Source of the DNA: Candidatus Sumerlaeia bacterium
Lineage (GTDB): Bacteria; Sumerlaeota; Sumerlaeia; SLMS01
DNA length: 27,283 nt
Direction of reading: 5' to 3'
Assembly (NCBI GenBank): GCA_038208905.1
Contig: JBBQYG010000043.1
Span: 1 to 27,283 of the forward strand
Shown here: piece after piece, positions 17,223 through 24,925 of the stretch
Numbering within the stretch: position 1 is the stretch's first letter
How the letters are laid out: every line of letters starts with the position of its first letter
Position numbers and translations under genes: made by a program
The notes under the pieces: generated by a model
What the model was told of the DNA's origin: nothing
Database searches by the model: none
What the model saw: only the letters and a program-made list of their open reading frames with translations

Positions 17223-18350
17223 TCATCCTGGCGCGCGCGGCAGGATGTCTAGCTTCATGCGGATGATCGTCGGGTCATCCGTCCATGACTCGGATGCGGT
17301 GCCGTATATCTGCGTGCGGTTTGTCTTGCTGAAGACGAGGTCGAAGGCCTCGCTGGAGAGCGTGACGCTTTCATCCGCCGAAGCCGCCAGCGCGATCATG
17401 GCCTCGGAGATGGCACACTCCTCCCACGCGGGCTGGCGTGTTTCCGCGAGTGTTCCACTGCCGCCCGCGCGGATCGACTTTCCCGCCACGGGATCAATCT
17501 TGCCGGAGTTCCCGTGGATGCGGTCGCCGTCGCCGAGGAGCGAAACCTCGATCCCCGTGCGTCGCAGGCCGTCGCGGCGCGCGCGGTTCGTCTCGACGAT
17601 CAGCACCGAGCGCGGGCCGATGGCCTCGATGGCGTGCGTGGCGAGGTCGACGGACATGGCGCGGGCCTCCTCCACGCCGAAGCCGCGCTTCTCTCCGGTG
17701 ATCTCCATCGCGGCCACCAGGCGACCGAGCCGCCCGCGGACGAGGAAGTGCTGATCGACGGTGCCGTAGGGAAAGAAGCCCATGCCTCTGTCCACGCGGA
17801 AGCCCTCCTCGAGATCGGTGGAGAGCCCGTTGAGAAGGGCCTCTTCGCTCGGGCCTCCGCGGATGCACGGGTCGCACATCATGGCGGCGCCGGCGGAACT
17901 GCCGGAGATGACGCCGCCGCGATCCAGCACGCGCCACAGCGCCGTATATGCAACGGTGTCGCCGGTGTCGGGACGGAAGGCGCGGATGATGCGCGACTGG
18001 TCTCCGCCGACAAAGAAGATGGCGCGCTTCGCCTCGATCTGGGCCGCCTTCGCGGGATCGGAGGCATCGGCGACGCTGTCCATCGGGATGTCGATCAGCG
18101 TGGCGGTGCCGCCGCGCTCGTTGAAATCGGCCAAGTGCTCGGGACCCGACTCCTCGGGAATCCCGCTGGCGGTCAGAAGGACGCCGATCGGCGCGCCGGG
18201 TCCGGCCAGCTCCATCACGCGGCCATAGATCGCATCGTCGTGGGGGCCGGGGTTTCCGCCCGCGATCACCAGATGGCCGTTGCGGGGCGCGGTGGCGCAT
18301 CCCGTCAGCATCGCAAGTGTCAGCGCGATCGACAGGCAGCGATTCAGCAT
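17223..18350 (-). CDS. cphB: Cyanophycinase (peptidase S51 family), predicted lipoprotein
   Basis: GHLVIAGG, TASG.PE, IFFVGGDQSRI, nucleophile motif GSSAGAAMM, VDQHF..RGRLGRL and GFGVEE. Lipobox LTGC after ATG 18350, with a GGAAGGA RBS. Confidence 0.85.
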   Translation of the reverse strand: MLNRCLSIALTLAMLTGCATAPRNGHLVIAGGNPGPHDDAIYGRVMELAGPGAPIGVLLTASGIPEESGPEHLADFNERGGTATLIDIPMDSVADASDPAKAAQIEAKRAIFFVGGDQSRIIRAFRPDTGDTVAYTALWRVLDRGGVISGSSAGAAMMCDPCIRGGPSEEALLNGLSTDLEEGFRVDRGMGFFPYGTVDQHFLVRGRLGRLVAAMEITGEKRGFGVEEARAMSVDLATHAIEAIGPRSVLIVETNRARRDGLRRTGIEVSLLGDGDRIHGNSGKIDPVAGKSIRAGGSGTLAETRQPAWEECAISEAMIALAASADESVTLSSEAFDLVFSKTNRTQIYGTASESWTDDPTIIRMKLDILPRAPG

Positions 18351-19375
18351 GATTCCTTCCTCTTCTTTCCCTTGGGGAGGCCGACTTGCTTGGCGAGATC
18401 GGTCGCGAGGGACTCCGGTATCAGGTCTTCCGTGGACTCCATGCCCAAGGCTTCCTTGGTCTTGAGCCATTCCTCGAAGATCGGATCGAGGAGTGCGATG
18501 AAATTGCGCACGCGCGGCGGCAGGTACTGCCCTTCGCGGACGAGGAGACCGACCTCGCTCTTCTTCACGAGGTCCTTGATCTCAACCGCCACCAGCCGGC
18601 GGCGCTGGCGCAGGGTCGCGGTCTCCGCGACGATGCCAACTCCGACTCCGGCCTCCACGTAGGCGGAGATGACCTCCGAATTGCTCGTTTCCATGACGAT
18701 GTTGGGCTTCTTGATTCCCGCGCGGCCCAGGGCCTCGTCCACCAGATCGCGGTCGCCGCGCACATCTGGTTCCAGAAGAATGAGCGGCTCGTTCTCCAGG
18801 TCCTTCATGGAAATCTCCCGCCGCTTGGCCAGCGGGTGCCCCGGCGGGGCGATCATGACCATGCGGCTCTTCTTCCAGAGGACGTACTCCAGCTCGGGGA
18901 CGTCGGGGCGGCGGGTGGAGATGCCAAAGTCGATGGTGCCCTCGCCCACCATTGTCTCCACCACCTCGGCGGGCGCGTTGAGCGCCGTGAGGGACACCGT
19001 GGGATTCTTCTGTCTATACAGCTTGATGGGATCCACAAGGCGGTGGATCAGCACGGTCTGGGTCGCGGCGAAGGTCACATTGCCGCCCTTGCCGTCGAAG
19101 AACATCCCCCGCCACTCGCGCATGCGCTGAAAGACCTCGATGGCCTCCTTGAGGAAGATCAGTCCCTCGCGCGTGAGCAGGACGGTGGAGCTTCCCTGCC
19201 GCTTGCGATAGAGCGACACGTTGATCTCCGCCTCGAGTTGCTTGATGCGGTACTGGATCGATTCCGGGGTGACATATTCCTCCGTGGGCGACTCGAAGTA
19301 GAGCGCCTCGGCGGCCTTCTTGAAGGTGCGGTGCCGGGCGACGTAGATGAGCGCCTGAAGCTGCTTGTAGTTCAC
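18344..19375 (-). CDS. LysR-type transcriptional regulator with an atypical HTH
   Basis: NYKQLQAL..VA..TFKKAAEAL..IKQLEAEI..LTREG winged HTH, and a substrate-binding domain (GTIDFGI, PPGHPLA, YVEAGVGVGIV). GAGGAG RBS 9 nt before GTG 19375. Confidence 0.9.
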   Translation of the reverse strand: MNYKQLQALIYVARHRTFKKAAEALYFESPTEEYVTPESIQYRIKQLEAEINVSLYRKRQGSSTVLLTREGLIFLKEAIEVFQRMREWRGMFFDGKGGNVTFAATQTVLIHRLVDPIKLYRQKNPTVSLTALNAPAEVVETMVGEGTIDFGISTRRPDVPELEYVLWKKSRMVMIAPPGHPLAKRREISMKDLENEPLILLEPDVRGDRDLVDEALGRAGIKKPNIVMETSNSEVISAYVEAGVGVGIVAETATLRQRRRLVAVEIKDLVKKSEVGLLVREGQYLPPRVRNFIALLDPIFEEWLKTKEALGMESTEDLIPESLATDLAKQVGLPKGKKRKESC

Positions 19376-19596
19376 GGTGACTGACTCCTCGGCCCGGATG
19401 GAAAAGCGATTGGGTCGATTCCGGGGGGCGAAGTGCAAAAGGAATTTTCGAGGTGTGATTGTCCATGGCGCCGGGCGAGGCGATTCAGGAGGCTACAATC
19501 CCCTGCAACAAAGAGGGATTCGCGATCGCGGTGGCGAGGGTGGGCCAAGAGCGAATCTTGGACAACCACGAAGAGATATTTGGTTTGCAGGGAGTC

Positions 19597-20817
19597 TCAA
19601 TGAGTGGGAAACTTACCCGCGCTTTCGCGCTTGAAGTCTTCCATGTCTTCAATGGGCACAGTGTCGGTGCCGCGCCATTCGGCATCGGGGGCCAGATCGC
19701 GCCAAAGGTCGATGTAGGCTTCGGCGATGGCGCCGATCTCGTGGGAACCGCGGGCGGAATCCCGCGCCGCCTCGGCGATGTCGCGGCGGAGATCGGCGTT
19801 TTCCACCAGTCGCAAGATGGCCGCCGCCATCGCCGCTGGATCGGCGGGCGGCACCAGCAGCGCCGTCTTGCCGTCGATCGCGACCTCGGGCACGTTGCCC
19901 GTGGCCGTCGCCACCACGGCGGCGCCGGTCGCCAGCGCATCGGGCACCGTCAGCGTGCAGCGGTTGGCGCGGCTGGGATACACGACGACGTCGGCGGTGC
20001 TGAAAAGCTTGGGCATCACCTCCGACACGTGGCCGATGAAGCGGACGGATTCGGCTAGGCCGCGCGCGGCGACGATCTCTCCCGCGTGCTCGCGCAGGGG
20101 TCCTTCGCCCACGATGAAGAGCCTTGCGGCGGGAACGCGGCGGTGGACCTGTGCCATCGCATCGAGGAGATCCAGCACGCCGCTCCCCTCTGTGAAGTCC
20201 GAAGCCGAAACGATCGCGGGAATGTCGGCCTCGATACCGAGGAGAAGGCGATAGCGCTGCTTGTTCTTCTCGGAGAGCGGGAACAACCCCACGGCGTCCA
20301 CCCCCGTGGGGATGACACGCATTCGCGCGGGATCAAGGCCGCGGGGCGCGAGGGACGCGCGGGTGGCGGCGGAAACGGCGACGAACGCGGCGACGCGGCG
20401 GCGGGTGCGACGCTCGCAGAGTGCCTGCCACGTCCGCCGCAGGATCGGGATCGAGGCGAAGTCGCAGGTATCGTAAATGACCGACACCAAGGGTATGTTG
20501 GCCCGCCCGCCCTGAAACCAGCGCGCCGCCAAATTGGGAAACGTGCCGTGGGCCTGGAGCAGGTCCGCCCGATCCGAGCGGGAGAGGAAGCGCTCCGCGG
20601 CCTCCCGCAGACGACGCGGCGAGCGCGATGCGTCGGCGGGGATCAAGGTGGTGCCGATGCCCATCTCGCGGAGCCGCTCCGAGAGGGGGCCGTCCTCGCC
20701 AAACGCGGCCACGCTCAACTGCAACTCGCGCATCGGCGACCACCTCAGGCAGAGGCGGTACAGATGCAGCCCGGGAACATCCTCCCGGAAGGAATCGAGT
20801 AACAGCAAAACCCGCAT
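19597..20817 (-). CDS. Glycosyltransferase family 4 (GT-B) protein, divergent
   Basis: MRVLLL, GPLSERLREMGI, FVAVSAAT, VIPTGVD, LFIVGEGPLRE, VRFIGHV, ADVVVYPS, VVATATGNVPEVAIDG.TALLVPPAD motifs. Confidence 0.85.
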   Translation of the reverse strand: MRVLLLLDSFREDVPGLHLYRLCLRWSPMRELQLSVAAFGEDGPLSERLREMGIGTTLIPADASRSPRRLREAAERFLSRSDRADLLQAHGTFPNLAARWFQGGRANIPLVSVIYDTCDFASIPILRRTWQALCERRTRRRVAAFVAVSAATRASLAPRGLDPARMRVIPTGVDAVGLFPLSEKNKQRYRLLLGIEADIPAIVSASDFTEGSGVLDLLDAMAQVHRRVPAARLFIVGEGPLREHAGEIVAARGLAESVRFIGHVSEVMPKLFSTADVVVYPSRANRCTLTVPDALATGAAVVATATGNVPEVAIDGKTALLVPPADPAAMAAAILRLVENADLRRDIAEAARDSARGSHEIGAIAEAYIDLWRDLAPDAEWRGTDTVPIEDMEDFKRESAGKFPTH

Positions 20818-20911
20818 GGCTTGCTCCCAAGAAAGGAGCATCCACAAGCGGCGGCAGGGTGGAACAGGAAAAAGAGCGCGTCGGTGACAAGCGTCACCAG
20901 CCCCGCGACCG

Positions 20912-20949
20912 AAAAACGAGATGCCCCGGGCTCGGCCCGGGGCATCTCG
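20912..20949 (-). terminator. Rho-independent terminator of the Hsp70-kinase gene
   Basis: Perfect 15-bp stem CGAGATGCCCCGGGC (20917-20931) / GCCCGGGGCATCTCG (20935-20949), followed on the minus strand by TTTTT, about 36 bp after the stop codon. Confidence 0.85.
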
Positions 20950-20985
20950 GAATAGACATTACAGGCCCGGCAGGGGGCACGTTGC

Positions 20986-23900
20986 CTACGGCCGCTTCTG
21001 CACGTTCAACGCGTCGAAGATTTCATCCACGGACTGGAAGCGGTCCCCGGCGTTCTTGGCGACGCACTTCATGATGACGGCCTGGAGGGCCGGCGAGACG
21101 CGGTCGGGGAGCGGCGGCGGCGCGGTGTGGATATGGTGGTATTCGATGTTGCCGAGGTAGAAGGGCGGGTGGCCGCTGGTCAGCTCGTACATCATGATGC
21201 CCAGGGAGTAGATGTCGGTGCGGGCGTCAACGCCCTCGCCGGTGATCTGCTCGGGGGCCATGTAGAGCGGCGTGCCGATGATGGCTGTGCCGCTCTTGGT
21301 GGAATCGTCGCCCTTGAGGATCTTGGCGATGCCGAAATCGGTCACCTTCACGCTGTTCTGCTTGGTGATCATGATGTTGGCGGGCTTGATGTCGCGGTGG
21401 ATGATGTTTAGTTTGTGGGCATAGGCGAGGGCGTCGCAGATCTGGAGGAAGAAATAGACGAGCTGGTCCTCCTGAAAGGAGGTGCGCTCGGCGAGGACGC
21501 GCTTGAGGTCGGTGCCCTCGATGTACTCCATCGAGATGAAGCGCTTGGATCCGCTCTCGAACATGTCGTGGATGCGGACGATGTACGGGTGGCTGAGTTT
21601 CTTCGCCGCGCGGGCCTCGCGCTTGAAGCGCTCGACGGCGCCCGGGTCGGAGCACAGGTAATCGTTGAGCACCTTGAGGGCGACGACTTCCTCAAGCGTC
21701 TTGTCGCGGGCCTTGTAGATGATACCCATGGAGCCGCGGTTGATTTCCTCGATGATGACGAACCGGGGATCGGAGAGGATCGCGGCCTTGGAGTGGTCGG
21801 TTTCGTCCTGCTGCATCTTGATGCGATAGCGCAGCTTCTTGATCTTGGCGGCGATGTCGCGGTAGTCCTCGCCTTCGGCGGCCAGGTGCTCGTACACGGT
21901 GAGGGAGTTGTTGAGCTGGCCGGTGTTCTCCATGTCGGTGGCGAGGCGATAGAGGATGTCGCGGATTTCCTCGTTCTGCTTGAGCTGCTTGAATTTCTGC
22001 CAGGCGAGGAAGTGCAGGTTCTTCTGCCAGTGGCAAAGGCCAAGGATCTTGAGGGCGCGGGTCTCGTAGGCCTGACTGGTCTGGAGCTCCTGGAGGAGTT
22101 CGATGGCCTCGTCCACGCGGTTGGCCTTGAGGTAGATCTTCACGAGCTTGAAGCGGGCGCCCATGTCGGCGGACTTTGAGACGCGGATCTTGTACAGACG
22201 CTCGAGCTCGGCGCTGTCCTTGTCCGACGGGTCGAGCTTGGTGGCGGCATCGAGGTCGTCGCAGGCGCCCTCCAGGTCGCCGGCGGCTTCGCGCAGGGCG
22301 GAGCGGTCGCGGCGGAGCGAGGCTGGATCGGGGAGGTTGGCAAGCGCCATGTCGAAGAGGGAGGAGACGTCTTCCTTGCGCTTTGCGCCATAGTTGCCAA
22401 CGAGGATCTTGAGGGCGGCGCGGGCACGCTCCGACTCGCCCGAGGCGATGAGCAGCAGGGCGCGGGCGCGGAGGACCGGGAAGCGGCCATCGGTGAGCCA
22501 GGGCTCGGCGGAAAGCGCGGCGATGGCCTTGGCGTAGAGTTCCTTTGCGTCCTCGGAGGCGTCGTTGTCGGCGGCGTAGTCCAGAGCGGAATCCACGACG
22601 CCGGGCCAGTCAACGTCCTCGCCAAGATCGCCGAGGCCACGGAGGTCCACCTCCCTGGTTTCCGGCGACTCCATGTGCATCTCCTGTGTGTCGCTCTTGC
22701 TGGACTGCGACTCATAGGTGGAGGTGAAGTCGTCCCGGCGGGGGGGATCCGCGGGGGGCATCGGCGGGGTAGCCGCCTTGTGCATGTCGGTCTTGGGGTT
22801 GGTGACGCTTTCCGGCGGGATGGGACTGAGGCCGGACCCAGGCGATCCATAGCGCCGCGGGGAGGGAAGCGACCTTACGTCGCTGTCGGAGGGGCGGGGG
22901 ATGTGCTCCGTGGAGGGCTGCGGCTGGGGTGCCTTGTGGGCGAGGGGGACGACCTCCGAACTCTTGTGGCTCGCCGGGGAAACCGGCATTGTAGGCGCGT
23001 TGCCGGGGGTGGCGTCGCCGAGGACGGCGAAGTTGTCGGGGGTGCGGGGCCGTACGCTGGAATCGGCCTTGTTGCTCCTGACCGAGGAGGAGTCGTCCTT
23101 CTTGAGTTCCTGAGGCATTTGGCCCGGCGGCGAGGACAGCTTGCGACCGCCACCGGTTGGCGCGGGGGCGCCGCCCTTGGTGGTGGAGCGACCGCGGCGC
23201 GCGCGCGCCTTCTTGCGGGATTTCTTTTCCGCCTCGTCCAGCTCGCTGTGGACGATCTTCAGCGTCTTGGCAGCGCCGGAGGCGAGTTCCTCCGCGGAGA
23301 TTTCCATCACGCCGTCTGCGTTGACGAAGAAGGTGACGCGGATGCGCGCGGATCCCTTGGGGGCGGCGGGAATGTCGGCCAGCGTGAACTTGCCGAGGCT
23401 GCGGTTTTCGGAGGCCTCCGCGCTCTCGCCCTGGAGGATGTGAACGTTGACGAAGGTCTGCGCCTCCTCGGTGGTTGTGAAATTCTTGGCGGCCTTGATG
23501 GGGATGGTGGCATTCTTCTCGATGATGCGGGAGAATTTGCCGTCCTTGACCTCGATGCCGAGCGAGTGGGGCGACACGTCCAGGAGCGTGACCTCCTGAA
23601 TATTGCCGCTGAAGACGCCGGCCTGCGTCGCCGCGCCCAGGGCCACCACTTCGTCGGGGTTGATGCCCTTGAAGGGCTGGAGCCCGAAGAAGTCCTCCAC
23701 CGCGTCCTGGACGAGGGGGATGCGCGTGGATCCGCCGACGAGGATGACCTTGTCCACGTCCTTCTTGGAGATGTGGGCGTCCTCGATGGCGCGCTTGCAG
23801 CAGCGGATGGTGCGCGTCACGAAGCTGTCGATCAGTTCCTCGAACTCGGCGCGTGAAATTTGGCGCTCAAGGTGAAGCGGCTGGCTGTTGCGATAGGCGA

Positions 23901-24747
23901 TGAAGGGGAGCGTGATCATCGTGGAGGAGGTGGTGCTCAACTCGCACTTGGCCTTCTCGGCCACCTCTTTCAGGCGGCGAAGGGTCACGGGGTCCTTGGT
24001 CAGATCGACGCCATGCTGCTCCTCGAATTCCTCCACGATCAGGTGGACAATCACGTTGTCCAGATCGTCTCCGCCAAGCTGGGTGTCCCCGGTGGAGCAG
24101 AGTACCTCGAAGGTCTTGTCGGAAATTTCCAGAATCGTCACGTCGAAGGTGCCGCCGCCGAAGTCGTAAACGGCGATCACCTCGTCCTCGCTGGTGCTCT
24201 TGCCGATGCCATAGGCGAGGGCCGCGGCGGTGGGCTCGTTGAGGAGGCGCAGGACTTCCAGGCCGGCAAGGCGGGCGGCCTCCATCGTGGCGGTGCGCTG
24301 GCTGTCGTCGAAGTTGGCGGGCACGGTGATAACGGCTTGGCGGACTTCCTGGCCAAGGTAGGCTTCGGCGGATTCCTTGAGCTTCTTGAGGACGAGGGCG
24401 CTGATCTGCTCCGGGCTGTAGCCGAAGCCGTTGATGTCGATGAGGAGCTTGCCTTCGTGATCGACGATGTTGAAGGGGAGCTGGCCGCCGCGCTCCTCGG
24501 CCTGCTCGAAGTCCATTCCCATGATGCGCTTGATGCTGCTGATCGTGCGCAGGGGATTGGTGGCTGCCTGGCGCCGCGCAATCTCGCCGACGATGCACTC
24601 GTTGTCGTCCAGGAAGGCGACCACGCTGGGAGTCTTGTTGGAGCCTTCCTGGTTGGGGATCACGACCGGCTCGTCGCCCTCGATAATGGCGACGACGGAG
24701 TTTGTGGTCCCTAGGTCGATGCCGATGATGCGCGCGTCTTCGTGCAT
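20986..24747 (-). CDS. dnaK: Hsp70 (DnaK-like) / Pro-Ser-rich linker / TPR / Hanks-type Ser/Thr kinase fusion protein (a DnaK paralogue, not the canonical chaperone)
   Basis: Hsp70 motifs GIDLGTTNS, TPSVVAF, NEPTAAALAYG, VYDFGGGTFDVTIL, LGGDDLD, VILVGGSTRIP and LLDVSP with a beta substrate-binding subdomain. Kinase motifs VALK, HRDIKPANI, KVTDFGIAK, GTPLYMAPEQ and DIYSLG. One continuous 1253-aa ORF. Confidence 0.93.
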   Translation of the reverse strand: MHEDARIIGIDLGTTNSVVAIIEGDEPVVIPNQEGSNKTPSVVAFLDDNECIVGEIARRQAATNPLRTISSIKRIMGMDFEQAEERGGQLPFNIVDHEGKLLIDINGFGYSPEQISALVLKKLKESAEAYLGQEVRQAVITVPANFDDSQRTATMEAARLAGLEVLRLLNEPTAAALAYGIGKSTSEDEVIAVYDFGGGTFDVTILEISDKTFEVLCSTGDTQLGGDDLDNVIVHLIVEEFEEQHGVDLTKDPVTLRRLKEVAEKAKCELSTTSSTMITLPFIAYRNSQPLHLERQISRAEFEELIDSFVTRTIRCCKRAIEDAHISKKDVDKVILVGGSTRIPLVQDAVEDFFGLQPFKGINPDEVVALGAATQAGVFSGNIQEVTLLDVSPHSLGIEVKDGKFSRIIEKNATIPIKAAKNFTTTEEAQTFVNVHILQGESAEASENRSLGKFTLADIPAAPKGSARIRVTFFVNADGVMEISAEELASGAAKTLKIVHSELDEAEKKSRKKARARRGRSTTKGGAPAPTGGGRKLSSPPGQMPQELKKDDSSSVRSNKADSSVRPRTPDNFAVLGDATPGNAPTMPVSPASHKSSEVVPLAHKAPQPQPSTEHIPRPSDSDVRSLPSPRRYGSPGSGLSPIPPESVTNPKTDMHKAATPPMPPADPPRRDDFTSTYESQSSKSDTQEMHMESPETREVDLRGLGDLGEDVDWPGVVDSALDYAADNDASEDAKELYAKAIAALSAEPWLTDGRFPVLRARALLLIASGESERARAALKILVGNYGAKRKEDVSSLFDMALANLPDPASLRRDRSALREAAGDLEGACDDLDAATKLDPSDKDSAELERLYKIRVSKSADMGARFKLVKIYLKANRVDEAIELLQELQTSQAYETRALKILGLCHWQKNLHFLAWQKFKQLKQNEEIRDILYRLATDMENTGQLNNSLTVYEHLAAEGEDYRDIAAKIKKLRYRIKMQQDETDHSKAAILSDPRFVIIEEINRGSMGIIYKARDKTLEEVVALKVLNDYLCSDPGAVERFKREARAAKKLSHPYIVRIHDMFESGSKRFISMEYIEGTDLKRVLAERTSFQEDQLVYFFLQICDALAYAHKLNIIHRDIKPANIMITKQNSVKVTDFGIAKILKGDDSTKSGTAIIGTPLYMAPEQITGEGVDARTDIYSLGIMMYELTSGHPPFYLGNIEYHHIHTAPPPLPDRVSPALQAVIMKCVAKNAGDRFQSVDEIFDALNVQKRP

Positions 24748-24839
24748 GGGTGGTTAGCTCTGCCGTGGTTCCCGGGGGGGAACGGGTCGGATGGGGTCTT
24801 CAGATGCTTCCCCCTGTGGGAGGGGATACTGCGACACAA

Positions 24840-24883
24840 CGCTGCCGGTGGAGAAAGATTACTCCACCGGCAGCGGATGTCAA
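24840..24883 (-). promoter_or_regulatory. Sigma70-like promoter overlapped by a perfect 14-bp inverted repeat
   Basis: Minus strand reads TTGACA (24883-24878)-16 nt-TAATCT (24861-24856). The inverted repeat is CGCTGCCGGTGGAG (24840-24853) / CTCCACCGGCAGCG (24862-24875). Confidence 0.6.
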
Positions 24884-24925
24884 AAGGGTTTGTACTTACC
24901 GCCGATCAGTCATCCGCATGCCCGA

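Noticed and set aside
20883-20898. Palindrome GGTGAC-AAGC-GTCACC upstream of the GT4 gene as an operator
   Set aside because: The arms are only 6 bp, it occurs once, and there is no supporting promoter, so chance is plausible.
20986-24747. Canonical heat-shock dnaK operon, or a readthrough artefact of two genes
   Set aside because: There is no grpE, dnaJ, hrcA or CIRCE and the lid is missing. The linker is open in frame and I saw no convincing internal gene start, although reads were not available to check.
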